DNA of 64,000 nt from Rhina ancylostomus (Eukaryota), in NCBI GenBank assembly GCA_030265395.1, contig JARFYF010000050.1, positions 15,122,843-15,186,842 of the forward strand, given 5' to 3'. The position numbers and the translations under genes were made by a program. The stretch's first letter is position 1. The number at the start of each line of letters is the position of its first letter. The notes under the pieces were generated by a model, which was not told where the DNA came from, did no database searches, and worked only from the letters and a program-made list of their open reading frames with translations. Shown here in pieces: positions 1 through 13,399 of the stretch.

Positions 1-229
1 CCAAAGTGGTACACTTGTTATTGAGGGGAACAGCCGCAGGGGTATTCTGCACTACATTGCCTATTCTCTGTCCTTCCCATGACAGTCACACTGCTACCTA
101 CTTCCTCCAACTTAGGAGTGACTGCCTCCCTGTAGCTTTTATCTCTGTTCTCCTAGTTATCCCATAGGAGCCGAAGGTACATATTGAGCCAGGGGATTAT
201 GAAACATTGCTTATCTCACAGGAGGAGTT

Positions 230-560
230 GCTGAGATGCCAGGCGAGCTCATTCTTAATGCCAAAGATGGTTCCACGACGATAGCAGTCCATTTTCAATT
301 TGTCCTTCCAGAAGAAGATGTACAACTACCTTTTTCCTTGAGCTAGCCATCTTCTGCTCATTGTGTTCCTCCAGTACAGCAATGTCATTGTCAAAGCATC
401 TGAGTTGCCTGACTATGATAATGGAACATTGTTCAGGTCTGTCACTGTTAGGGCTGTTCATGAGGATCCTAATGTTCCAGATTCCAAAATTCATAGTGAG
501 GATTGGAAGTTGCCTGTGTTTGATTTCTTTAAATGTGAGTGGTGGGAGGTCTAAGATAAA
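230..560 (-). mobile_element. RTE-clade LINE, decayed endonuclease N-terminus
   Basis: Minus-strand translation MNFGIWNIRILMNSPNSDRPEQCSIIIVRQLRCFDNDIAVLEE resembles the RTE APE start (TWNVRTLMD..DRPERR..ELARYNIDIAAL.E). Confidence 0.8.
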
Positions 561-1249
561 TGGAGACCAGACCATGCTGCTCGGTGAGTAGCACGCACGA
601 GGTGGACATGCGTGGAGGTGCCTATCAGCAAAAACACACACCACACGCACACAAAATACATGTGCTGTGTGTAGATTTCCTTGTCCACTGCCATTTCCCT
701 TGTTTCTCTCCCCTTGACCTTTTCCATCCCTGAATCTTCTCACCTACTAACTTTTACTTATCCTCCCTCAGATCTCCTCTGTCCAACCCTAACACTTCCT
801 TCCTTCTCTCTTGCACCTGGGCATTTGAACTCCTTCCTTCCCTGTATTGGGCACCCATATCCATTTTGTTTTTTCTTTAACCTACTCTTCATCCTCTGAC
901 CATCTCCCTAGCCCACAGCCTCTGCCATAAGTTCCCTCCAGCCCGAGGATAAAACCGCTACACAATCACCTGGGTGACATTCCCTTAGCAACTGCTGACC
1001 AACATCACCAGCAGGTTTCGGGTGCAGAGCAGTTGATGGTTGTGGCCTCAGGTCAGCAGTGGGTAACTAACCAGTACAGCACAGCCCACTTAGTAATGCC
1101 CTCAGTTCCCCTATCACCAATGCTCTGGGGTTACCAATAACTGTTGGACAGATCACTGCCTAATCTGCTTCACTATCTCCATCAAAACAGTGGTGGTGAC
1201 AGAAACGTTGCTACATGAAAATCAACATTGAAGATATCAGTGACACCAC

Positions 1250-1870
1250 AACAATTGCTTTCAACAGACAATACCTCTCAGACAATCTGGTGACCCTCAA
1301 TGAACAGGAGCTGTAGAGTGTCCCAGAGTCTTTGCTGACCTGAAGTTCACTATAATTAACACTTATGAAGTGACTCTTGGATTTTCTACCAGAAAACTCC
1401 AGAACTCATTTGATGAAAATGACAAGGAGATCTAGGAACTAATTAACAAGGCATTCTTGAATTAGAAGCTCCACCACACCTCAGAAGACAATGCATTCTA
1501 TAGGCATTTGAAGGCCAAAGTCTGACAAAAGAACTTCTGTTCAAAGAATAGATGGGTAGAGTAAACACAGGAGGTCCAGCAACTTGATAACCATGTCACG
1601 TGTGGAATCAAACGGTACCCCAAACACTGAATGGCCCACCCCACAAAGAGCCAAGGACAGGGGTAAACTTATGAAGGACAGTGAGGCAGTCAGCAGCCAC
1701 CAGAGGAAACACTTTGAACTCAAACATCAGTCTATCCTTGACATGGGTGTCCTTAATTCCAGCCTTTTCCGAGTCAACATCAGTATTGAGGCTGTAATTA
1801 CACTCAACTGGTTCTGATGGGCAGGCCACATCATTTGCATGCCCAACACCAGGGTTCCCAAACAATCACC
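1250..1870 (+). mobile_element. RTE-clade LINE fragments (internally deleted)
   Basis: Remnants such as FSTRK..FDENDKEI..LIN, and near 1780-1865 SIEAVITLNWF*WAGHIICMPNTRVPKQ (RTE C-terminal WAGH motif). Confidence 0.75.
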
Positions 1871-3390
1871 ACATACCACATCACTTTAATGCTCCAGTCC
1901 ATTGTGGTGAAAGATTTTGTGTGAATAATATATACCATTACTTCTAACTAATTATGCTCTGTGCACATTTACAAAGTATAACTGAGCAAAAAATTCACTT
2001 TAATCCCATGTTTCATTTAGATCTAATTTCATAAGTATTTTTTCAAGTAATTCTCGGAGCTGACAAACAATATTAAAAACAATTATGGGAAAGGCCTTTG
2101 GATAGTTTTCATTGTACAGCTTTAACTCTGTCAAAGGAGACCCCATAAACAGAATAAGAGGACTTGAATTTTAATCATTTTTTTAATTAGGAGTGGGAAG
2201 AACATGAGAGCAAAGGAAAAAAGGAAGAAGAGTGAGTTAAATAAAGTAGGTGGCATGTATGTAAAGATGAGTACCAGCTGTAGATTGAGGAAGATCTGGA
2301 GGCCAGTTTTGTATTCAAAGTCTAGACATTTGATCCTCAGACCATTACCAGCTACCACCCGTCCTTGTGGGAAAAAATGGATTCCTAAACATAAATAGTG
2401 CCAACTTTTTTGTTCAACCAATGTCCTTTTTGTTTCTGTACAATCCATTTATTTCATTTCACTGTACGCAGGCTCTCCATAGGCCTTCATAGGAGATGGA
2501 AGATGTAACACACTTTGGTGATTCAGTGAAGAGGCTAATAAAAAGGAAGATAGCAATTTATGTACATTTCCAATGCTACTTGTGAACAATCATTGGATAA
2601 ATAGCATCCGTGATTTTTGTATGTCGGTTCTACTTGAGGCAATTTTTTTTAAAAAAACGCTTTTTTAAAAAAAACCACTACCAGGTGAATGCTATATTAA
2701 TCAAGATTCCCAGTAGCAGGTCACTGTGAAATGATCATAATCAAGAGCTGCATGGGTGCAGAAAAGAATAAACTCCTGGATATCCCATGTAAACAGTGGA
2801 CGGAAAAAGAGTGTACCTATTGTTTAACTTTGTATTTGACAAAGAGCTAAGCAGCTTGGAATATTTTAATATTATCAGAATTGTTTTATCTTATTTTCTT
2901 TTATGAAATGGAGTTTAAATGTAAAATGCATATGTATTTGTCTGTAGAAATTGATGCTGAGATGATGTCAACAGCACAATCAGAGGCCTGTCGTCAAATG
3001 GCCTCTCGCATGTGCTGATGAGACTAGAGCACTGTGGGATTCATCAAAGAGGAGAACTGCTGAATTCCATCAGGGGTTTAGCATTGAGGTCAAGCAGTTG
3101 AAGAGATGGATAAATGATGATCAGAATGATTCAACCCATGGTCTTTGGTGGGTCTGAACAATTAAACCATTCTCCTCTACCTCAATGAACTAGCAAATTA
3201 TTTTCATTTTAGCAGATGTGTACAGGCTTTCTCCAGCCCCTGAATGAACAAAGGACCACTGGCACAATCATCACAACTTTTGTACCAAAGTGGAAAGTTT
3301 TTTTTGAAGTTATTCAGTGGAATCTTTGAGTGTGTCAGGTGTCATTCAAACCTATTGAGTTAATTTGACACTGTTTTTTCTTCTCCACAG

Positions 3391-3630
3391 GCAAGGAGCC
3401 TTTTGTACCAATTTCGCCTCTTGCCCAGAATCCCCTGCAGCCTGCATGATCTTTGTAAGCTGTGTGGCACAGGAATGTGGGACAGTGGATACATCCCAGC
3501 TGTGGAGTGCACATTGAATCACCTAGATTTTGACAGTTGTCCATATGGAGGGACATCTGCTACTCCATCTCCAAGATCAGCACATGAAGGCAAAAGAGGA
3601 GCTAAAGATGTTTTCACATTCCTGAGATAA
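3391..3630 (+). CDS. TBC1D16: TBC1 domain family member 16 (Rab-GAP), terminal coding exon; upstream exons lie outside the window
   Basis: A polypyrimidine tract and CAG acceptor end at 3390. The phase-0 translation ARSLLYQFRLLPRIPCSLHDLCKLCGTGMWDSGYIPAVEC...SCPYGG...PSPRSAHEGKRGAKDVFTFLR* matches the human TBC1D16 C-terminus as recalled (ARSLLYQFRLLPRIPCSLHDLCKLCGSGMWDSG...SCPYGG). TBC1D16 lies next to CBX4 in human. Confidence 0.93.
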   Translation, partial: ARSLLYQFRLLPRIPCSLHDLCKLCGTGMWDSGYIPAVECTLNHLDFDSCPYGGTSATPSPRSAHEGKRGAKDVFTFLR

Positions 3631-3819
3631 CCGGGTCATCATATTTTGTGCTGAAAACTCCAGTCAGTTGTGAAGTATTGGTTAGGAAGTGGTTTACTTG
3701 AGAGAGGCTGAATCTGAGGCCTTAGTAACTTTCGTTTTTTGGTAGCTGTGAACTAGTGTTGGTATGCACCCTGATTGCGGGTCAGTTTTGGGCATGTCTG
3801 GAATTGATACTGTTGAAAG

Positions 3820-4200
3820 GAAAGAGAGGCCTGCATTTATACACCTTTCCAGGAGCCCCAAGGTGCTTTACAGCCAATGAAGTACTTCTGAATTGTAACC
3901 ACTGCTGTAATATAGAAAATGTAACAGGCAATTTGGGCATTTGATAAAGATAGATGATCTAGTTCAGTAATGTTGGTTGAAGGACAAAAATTGGCCAAGA
4001 AGGAGTAGATGTCTGTTGGAAATTTTGCCACAGGATCTTGTGTGTCCACCTGAGAGTGTAGGTGAGGCCTTGGTTTTAAGATTTCATCTGAAAAGTGAAA
4101 CCTCGAACAGTACAGTATTTCCCATGAACTGCACTGTTATATTGCCCTAGATTTTAAAGTTCAAGTCACTGAAGTGGGACTTAAACACACAAGTGTTCCA
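3820..4200 (-). mobile_element. Deu-domain SINE (SacSINE1/AmnSINE-like) in the TBC1D16 3'UTR region
   Basis: The reverse complement carries the tail AAGTACTTCATTGGCTGTAAAGCAC..TGGGG and Deu-core-like CTCTCAGGTGGACAC..AAGATCCTGTGGCA and TCAACCAACATTAC. Confidence 0.75.
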
Positions 4201-6639
4201 GAACACAGAATACTTAAGACTGTTTTACTGAATCAGGCTGCCTTGAAGTAGAGAAGCTATATAGGGAAAGGGAGCTTGTTGTAGCCCAACCATTTAAACC
4301 TGCAAAGATACAGGTGTCTTTATAGGGGATTCTTTCGTAGCCCCAAATATACTGTCCAAGTTGAATGATTGGGAAAGGGATATTCTGGAACATTTATATG
4401 TAATGCAAAAAATACATCTGAATTTTTGGAAGATGTTGTTGAAGGTTAAAAAAAAATATGAAGTTTAATGGATAATTTGTATTGAGTGTAACAATTCAGT
4501 GCTGATTTTAAATGTATTTTTAAAATGCTGGCACCCAATCATCTACAGTATTGAAGATAAATCTTGGTTAATCACATCCCCATCAACAAACTGTTCTATC
4601 TTAAAATATATTTCCGATTTCAGATATATAGTGTAGCTAAATGCATTGCAGTTTCACATATGCTTTTAAGCACATGTATAGTGTTAAGCTGCGGATTTGT
4701 GAGAGTGTGGGAATTCAGATTTTTATTGCAAAGATAAAGTTTCAATTGGGTTACTTTTGGGGAAAAGTAAAGCAGCCTATTTATCAGATTCTTCCTACTA
4801 TACAAAAACTAAGTTCATGTATCCAAGAAAATTACTTGCATAAATTGATGTTAAATTGCTGCACTTAGATTTAACTATAATTAATTTTTTTTTAAATGTG
4901 AGATTTGTTCTGGGCAATATTTCTCATCTTCTGAAATATTCTTGATGTGTTGGGCTTCTCTTGAAAATTGTAGTTCCTACGCTTAAATGTCATACTTTGA
5001 TACACATGCAATTCAAACAGGTTGTCAGTGAAAGGATAAACATAACTTGACAACCATGCTCATATAACTTTCAGGTATCATTTTCAGGGTTTTCATATTA
5101 TCCTTTAATTTGTTTAATCATTCACTTTGATCTTTAAGCAGCATCACCAATATATTTGCTTAATCAGATATGAAATATTGGCACCAATGACATTGTAGTA
5201 ACTTCAGTCAAACTCAATCCCCTCACAGTGAATAATGGGGGAATACCAAACACCAGATTAGATTTCAGCATAAGTTTTGGCTGAGTGCAGTTTTTTTTTG
5301 TCACTAATGAAAACCATTTGAGGCAGCTGTCGTATAGCCAGTTTATATAACTAACCGATGATAGAATGACAGGCATTTCCAAAAGTAATATCTGTAGGTG
5401 AAAGTTGTAGGTTACTTGTCTTTGAAAGCACAATTTCTTCAATTTACTCTATACTTTCTGTCACGTAAACCTGTGAAATCCTCCTCAGCCACTATTCTAT
5501 ATGTCTCTATTATCTTGCCCAATGTACAATAGAAAGACCATATAATTTAAATTCAGTTACCTATAAATCATAGTTGGATTAATTTCTCTTTAAAAAAAAA
5601 GTTGGAGTGTCTGAAAATCTGAAGGAATACATAAAACGNNNNNNNNNNTTTGTATATTCTTTAAAGCTTTGGAAATTTCCTGGAGATTTTGGGCAAAATA
5701 TTCAATTAACTATTTTCAAGTTAACATTCAGAGGACGGAAGAGATGGGTTATGGTACAGTTTAGATATCAGGTGGCAGATAATTGGATGTGCTGGAAATC
5801 TCAGAGTTTAAATATATTTGTGCTCATAGAACAAGTGTGGGTGAAGTTAATGTAGACATCCTCTGGCTGCACCCTAGATGTCAGAAACCATTTCTGAAGC
5901 ACAATCTATTCCCTTGTTCTCAGTGGGCTGATTCAAAAATTAAGGGATTCATGTATTAACTTCAAGAAATTCACATATTCCAAGTAANNNNNNNNNNNNN
6001 NNNNNNNNNNNNNNNNNNNNNNNNNNNNNNNNNNNNNNNNNNNNNNNNNNNNNNNNNNNNNNNNNNNNNNNNNNNNNNNNNNNNNNNCAGGGTATCTTAA
6101 AAATATAACTTCTTACAAATTCTCCATGTTTTATATTTCCAGTGTTTCAGAGGTACCTTAAGTTCTTCAGTTTTAAAGTGTGTTTGTGGTTGCAGGTCAT
6201 ATAGGTTGGTTCAAAAAAATAATAGGAAGTAATGGAAAACTGGTCATACTAAATACCTTGAAGTGAACAATTTGGTGACTTTCCACCAACTGTTTCAGTT
6301 TGGATATAATAGTCACATGATGTGTTGCAAATCAGATGTTGCTCCTAATTTCTCAACTGGCTTCTAAAATTGAAGGTGCAGTCCAGTTTCTTGTCATAAA
6401 CTGTGACAATATTGCACTATTGATGTGTTTTTTTTTCAAAATAAGCACAAACTTATCACTTGTGCTCATTTCTCATAGCCAAAGTCTGATTTCCTCACCA
6501 TCTATGCTTTGAAATTTGTTTTTGTTCATTTTTGATCTTATTTGATGAGGTTAATAGCCTTATGCATTTCTTTTGTATTTTTATCATTGACCACAAAACT
6601 GTAAAACTGTTATTAATTTCTCAAAATATGCAATTGAGT

Positions 6640-7640
6640 TACAGTGTTGTATAGCATAAAAACAGGCCTTCAGCCCATCACATCTATGTCAGCCATCATG
6701 CCTCTCTGTACTAATGCCTGAATTAATTCCATATCCATGCCTTGCTCATTCAAATACCTTTTTAAGATGCCTCTTACTGTTCTTGCTTGCACCACTTCCT
6801 CTGGCAGCTTATTCCAGATACCAACTTCTCTGTGTGAAAAATTTACCCACCAGAGCCCCTTTAAACCTCCTCTCTCTCACCTTAAACCTATGCCCTCTAG
6901 TTTTAGACACCACATGGGAAACAGACACTGGCTCTCCATGCCTCTCATTTTATGTACCTCTATCATATCGCCTCTCAACCTCCTTTGCTCCAGGGAAATC
7001 ATACTTAGGCTATCCAGTCTCTCTTGATAACCCAAGCCCTCCAAATCCAGGCAACACCCTTATGAATCTTCTCTGCATCCTCTCTATCTTAATCACGTCT
7101 GTCCTATACTGTGGCACTTTCCCAGTTGACCTTTGCCCTGTTGAAACCTTAGACAGTCTTCTTCACTGTCCACCACACCACCGATTTTGGTGTTATTTGC
7201 AAACTTACTAATCATTTCACCCACATTCTTGTCCAAATCATTAATACATATGACAAACAACAGAGGATCCAGCACCAATCCCAGTGGCACACCACTGGTC
7301 ACAGGTCTCCAATCTGAAAAACAACCCTCCACTACCACCCTCTACCTCCTTCCATCAGGCCAATCTTGTATGTAGTTTTCTAACTCACACAGGATCCCAT
7401 GGGTTCTAACCTTTCAAACCAGCCTACCATGCAGGACCTTGTCTTTGCCTTGCTAAAATCCATGTAGATAATGTCTATCATCCTGCCGTTGTCAATCCTC
7501 TTGTCACCTCTTCAAATTCGTGAGACATGATTTCCCTCGCACAAAGCCATGTTGACCATCCCTAATCAGTCCTTGCCTTTCCAAATGCAAATACATCCTG
7601 TCCCTCTGAATCCTTTCCAATAATTTTCAAACTACTGATA
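6640..7640 (-). mobile_element. CR1-type LINE, 3' end plus RT fragment
   Basis: Minus-strand ORF VVEGCFSDWRPVTSGVPLGLVLDPLLFVICINDLD...ISKFANNTKIGGVVDSEE (degenerate CR1 RT motifs GVPQGSVLGP and FADDTK). Confidence 0.9.
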
Positions 7641-7679
7641 TAACCTGTAGACTTCATGGGGTTGGGCATAATGTAGACA

Positions 7680-8590
7680 ATAAGGGATTGGCTATAGGCC
7701 AGGAAATGGAGAACAAGGATAAATGGGTTATTTTCAAGTTAACAGGCATTTATGAATGGAATGCAACAAGAATCAATACTGGGATTTCTATTGTTCATGA
7801 TCTATTTTAATGGCTGTAGCAAAGGGATAGAATATCTAGGTTTGCTTACAATAAAAGTTATGTAAAACAAAAATGAGTTGTGAGAGGATGCATAGAGTTT
7901 GCAATGGATAGAGGTTAAGTGAATGCACAAGGAGGAAGCTGATTAAATAAATATGGGTATACAGAGGGTTCCACATGTGTTTGTACACAAAATATACAAG
8001 GTGCAGGTGGAATTAACAATTGGTATATTGGGGCTTTACCACAGAGGGGTTGCACACCACGAGTTAGGAAACCTTAAGGCAGTTGTACAGCATTTTGATG
8101 AAACCATATCTGGAATACTGTGTGCAGTTTTTGTCTCTATACCCAGAGGTAGATGTATTTGTCTCAAGGCAACACAGCATAGATTCACCAGATTGATTCT
8201 TGGGAAGCAGGAAGTGTCCTATTTTGAGAACTTTATGTGGGAGAGGTTGATACTCACCGGATGTAAAGATAAGAGATGATTTCAGTGAGGTAGATTGACA
8301 GGATTGATGGCGAGAAGCTGTTTCTTGTCGTTGGAAAGTTCAGCATGAGCAATCAGGGATTTAGGAATGAGAAGTTTTTCCTTATAATATTCAAAATTCT
8401 GTACTCTGAGGAGCTATGGATGCTCAGTCACTGATTATATTCAGGGCTCAGATTAAAATATTTTTGGACACTATGGTAATCAAGGTATTTGAGAATAAGA
8501 TGGGGCAGTGAACTTGAGGCAGATAATCAGCAATGATTTTACTAAATGGCAGAACAGGCTCAAGGAATTATATGGCCCCTGCTATTTCTT
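7680..8590 (+). mobile_element. CR1-type LINE, heavily decayed 3' portion
   Basis: Remnants of the LEYCVQFWSP and QRRFTRLI motifs near 8110-8200, and a typical CR1 3' tail (GAATGGCAGAACAGGCTCAAGG). Confidence 0.7.
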
Positions 8591-8954
8591 ATATTCTGTG
8601 CACAAAGATGGAATCCAGTTTGAATTTGGACCAAGGTCAGTAAAATAGTTTAACATTAATATTTAATTTCAAAAGTTGAATTATGCTCCTTTATATGTGG
8701 AACCAATGTCAATGTTGCCTGATAGAGAATAAAGGAACATTTTCAAACTGTGTTCTTACTTTGTACATTGAAGTTTTTAACTGTAACATTAAAACTTTGA
8801 CTGTCTCTAACCAGTTTGGGTAACAATGACTAACAGAAATATCAGATTGATTGAATGACCAAGAGATAAAATGCTAGGACATTAATCATTCATTTTTGAA
8901 ATCCAGTTTCATAGGTAATATGGTGTTATGTAATGGAAGACTGAGTGATAATCA

Positions 8955-9665
8955 CTTCAGAGAATGTAAAACAGAACTGTACAGCACAAGAACAGGCCCT
9001 TTGGCCCATAATGTCTATGCTGAACATGATGCCAAATTAAACTAACTCCTTCCACCTGCATGTGATCCATCTCCATCTGTTCACGTGTCTGTCTAAGTAC
9101 CTCTTGAACATTGCTTTTGTATCTGCTTCTACCTTCTCCCTTGGCAGCACATTCCAGACACCACTCTTTGTGTAAAAAAAAACTTGCCTCGCACATCTCC
9201 TTTAAACCCCAACTGCCCCTCCCCCATCATAAACCTATGGCCTCCAGTATCTGACCTTTCCACCCTGGTTTGAGATTAGGGAGGGTGGGGGGCACAGGGT
9301 AAATAGGGAATGCCTCTCATAAGTTTATATACTTCTATCAGGTTGCCCCTCAGCCTCTGATGCTCCAAAAAAAAATCCAAGTTTATCCAACCTCTCCTTT
9401 ATTGCTAATATGCTCCAATCCCCAATTGTGGTGAGCCTCTTCTGCACCCTCAACAAAGTGTCCACATCCTTCCTAGAGTGTGGCAACCGGAAATGCACAC
9501 AATACCCCACATGTAGCCTAACCAAAGTTTTATACAGCTACAACATATCTTCCCAACGTTTATACTCAATGCCCCGATTAATGAAGGTAAGCATGCCACT
9601 TGCCTTGTTTACCACCCTGTCCATTTGTGTTGCCTTTTTCAAGGAACAATGGACTTGCACACATT
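8955..9665 (-). mobile_element. CR1-type LINE 3' end
   Basis: Minus-strand VRLHVGYCVHFRLPHSRKDVDTLLRVQKRLT (RPHLEYCVQFWSP..RKD..LERVQ motif); tail GGGCCAAAGGGCCTGTTC. Confidence 0.85.
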
Positions 9666-12600
9666 GACATATATAGAGTTATGGACATGCTGATTCCTTA
9701 TATCCTGCTTTGAAATGAGGGGGCTTTAAGTAAATATTCTCTGTTACTGGTTTTTGAGGCCTCCATTTGAATCTTATGATCGGTTTCTTTTTAAAGAAAA
9801 ATGAGTGTCATGTAGAAACAGAAATAAAACAATGATTGGTAATGGAAAGTAAAAGGGGAATAAAAGCCTTAAATGCCTTTACATTATATAAAATTATTCT
9901 GACTTCAAAAGATCTAAGGTACAGCTTTTAAAGTGATACATTGAAGAATCTTAATACCATTATTAATGGTACTGTTTAAGAGCTTTTTTTGATCTACAAA
10001 TTGTAGTCATTTTGTGGTACTTTACATTTGTTTTAATCATCAAGAACCTGTCTGGCAATTTAAACATTCTGAAATAAAAATGACTTTACAAACTTCATAC
10101 ATTTTGGCAAGAAGCTAATATTAAATTATGTACAGAATTACCACTTTACATCCTGTGGGTATTGTTTATGTCAAAATGCCATCCCCATTAAAATGATGAA
10201 TTAAGTATCATGTTCTATTCCATTCTTTAATTATTTTTGTTAACCTGTTTCAAAATGAAACTAATACAATTCCAAGAGTATACAAAAAATCCTCTAGCAT
10301 ATGTATTTTGAAGTCAGATGAAATGCATTTGTAAGAAGGAATATGTTGTAAAGGAAGTATTTTATGGGACATTAATTAGGGAATTAAAAATAATTGTTTC
10401 TATTAACAATCATTGTGGTTTTCTAGAAAGGAAAGTGTTATGAACTCCACCCAGTGATAACTTTGTACTAAGAACTGGTCTCTTGCATTCTGTCCAAATT
10501 GCCATTCACACCCACTAATCCAAATATGACTCTCATTGATTTTAGGAGGGAGGTGATGCTACAGAGCTGATATTTAATTCACACAAGTCTCATGTCAACG
10601 TGATTTTTTTCCCCCAATTGCATGAACTTAACTCTGAGTTAAAGTCAGCTATTAATAGCTATCTGTAAAATCCCTTAGCATTGTGATTTGAAATATGGAT
10701 TTCTAAGACACTGTGAACATCTGCACCTTGTCAATTTGAGAACAGTATTTGCTGAACACTTTTTTAAAAATTGTAATACATTATTCATTTTGCTCTTAAA
10801 TAGACTTATTCAATGTAATATACATGTTTTCAAGCCTAAGGATCCATTCCACTCAGGAATTCTTACTTCAGGATTTAATTCTTTTTGTAGAGAATCATAA
10901 TGGACTGTTTTTTGGTAGTTGGAGTTTATTCTTTAGACTACTGTACATTTTGATTTCAATAATCTTCACATCGATTATGTAGTGAGCTAAAGCTAAAACA
11001 CGCCATGCTGGTTGTATTCTGGCAATGGAAATACTGTTTGTACTTTCTACCTTATTGGTTTTTGCCTTGGCAATGGCACTTACATCATTGTGTAAAAAAC
11101 AGTGTCTATGCTGTATTGGCAATAAATGAGAAATATCTAAATACTTTCGTAAACAGTTTTCAGTTAAAATTTGTTGGTAGGTTGCACGTTGTATTAAGTT
11201 ATTGGTAAAATTTAGGATTAAATTTGATTTGCATAGACAGGAAAGCATTCTTTCTCGGGCAGATATTCAGTTTGTTGATTGAAAGGTGTAGTCTGAATTC
11301 CTTCTTTGTTAAACAAGGATCCCCCACACACTATTGTATCATAATGGACCACTTGGAGAGGGTATTGAAGCATACAACATCACTGGATTTAAAGAGACTA
11401 CCATGTCTCCATTCTCAAATATGGATTTAAAGCGATGCTGTAAAACTAAATGTTCCTAGAAATTATTGTTCCTGCAAGAGAAAGCAGCATTTGAATTTGA
11501 TGAATATATTCATTTCATCTTTTGTCCCCATCCATAATATATGTGTTTACTCTTACTTTATCACGTTCAAGTGGCAGCCCCATATTTATTTCTGTAGAAT
11601 GTTATTGGGGTGCCACCTCAAACACCGTCAGGGGCAGGAACCATGGTTATACCTAGAGGCTGGCAAGGTATGAAGAAAGGGGAGGGGTGGAGTTATCTGG
11701 TGCTGCATTGAAGTCCATGGATTTTGCAAGAGTGTTCTTGAAACACTAATATACATTTTCAATTGCTTTCCAGCAATGCTTGAACACATGAAAGATTTGT
11801 ATTGTAAAAATATATTTTAGATTAAATCAAGTTAATTTGATTGCTTTGAAAACTTAATTGATCCCTGAGCATGTTTAAGTAGTAGCTAATCATTTTGAAA
11901 AGTCACTGTTGGAATTTGCAATTTGTATAGGTATAGAAAATGATTTATTTTTGCTAAAGACAAGAGTTGTTCACCTAAACCAGTACCTGAAATTCTGCTC
12001 ACTGGCTTGAAATGTTTCACTTCACTGCCTTTATTTATTTGCTTGATAGAAAAGTGTGGTCAACATGCTATTTGTTCGCCAAATGCAGTAGAGGTGGACT
12101 GAAAGGAAGCTCATGGTTTCACAAGTGGATACTGAAGCTTCAAGGAAATGTAGCTGTTGACTTGCAACAACATGTACTAAACAAAAGCCATTTCTTTCCA
12201 TGTTCTATTATCTGTTTCTCAAACTACTATTTAATTACAGTAAGGCACAAGTTTCATTTCTGTAAACTTATGATATACTTGTAGGGCAAAGAGTAATGTT
12301 TTTGAAGTGATTGCCATTCTGACCACAGCATCTGGCCTTGTGTTTAAAATCCAAATAATAAACATTGCAAACTATCATTTTAAATTCAGTAGGATTCTAA
12401 CGTCTCTGTGCCCCTATACTTATCAGTTTTTAAGTTAGTGCGCTGTGGTAATTCCACGAGAGAGCCCCCTAAATGTACTTGTTGTCATATGTACTTTGTG
12501 TCAACCTGGCATTAGTGGGAACAAATTGTGTTTTCTGATAGTTTACCTACAATGATAAATGACTCTGCTGTGATTATTTAATATGGAATTAATTAGCCCC

Positions 12601-13176
12601 CCCAATATGGTAAACACATTATCTCAATACATTTTCCATTGTAGTTCAATGCTTCAAATACACAGCTTAAAATTATTTGTTTTAGAATTTTTTCAAAAAT
12701 TCTATTAATCTGGCTTTAGCTATTTGTCTTTTATTGAGTTTGTTAGATTATGATTTTCCTCTTGAGTTTGATGCTTATTCAGCAATAGCTTGTCTACAGC
12801 TATACCACTTCAATAGGCATTTTAGATTCATGAACAATTGTAACTTTCATGTTACAACTGCAGCATTTTTCTAATTGTAATGTGTAAGATATGTAACGTA
12901 TCTTAGTAGAGCTCTACACTATGTTAAGAAATTGCCTGAAGCTATTTTTATCAATGTTAAGAATGTTTTGAAACACCAATGAGTTTAGTAATATTAATGA
13001 GTGAACCATCAGTCCAGCTTCTATTTATTTAGTTCATTCACTTTTTTTTCTATAAATAAGCAGGGAGAAATCAGTTTTTGGTTATTAGTGCTAAATGTGT
13101 GCAAGAATATCAGTCGGCATTTGTACTCACCTCTTTTAGTTGCATTGAGTTCAATGGAAATGAAAGTCCAGGTACC

Positions 13177-13178
<2 letters not shown>

Positions 13179-13216
<38 letters not shown>
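13179..13216. repeat. (TG)19 microsatellite
   Basis: Direct reading. Confidence 0.97.
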
Positions 13217-13218
<2 letters not shown>

Positions 13219-13399
13219 GTGCATGCAGTTCAGCTCTATTTCCCACTATAGGTTCATAATTGGTTCTGATATGAAAAAAAAACCAAAATAAAACAGTTCC
13301 TTTCAAACAGCTGATCTAAAGCACAATAATTGAGTGTATGCTAGGTGGCACTGTGGGCTGTGAAGAGGATCCAGAGAAGCTAGATGAATAGAGATGTCT

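Noticed and set aside
2948-3020. Possible additional TBC1D16 exon after ctgtAG
   Set aside because: In the required phase 0 it reads KLMLR*, and no frame resembles TBC1D16.
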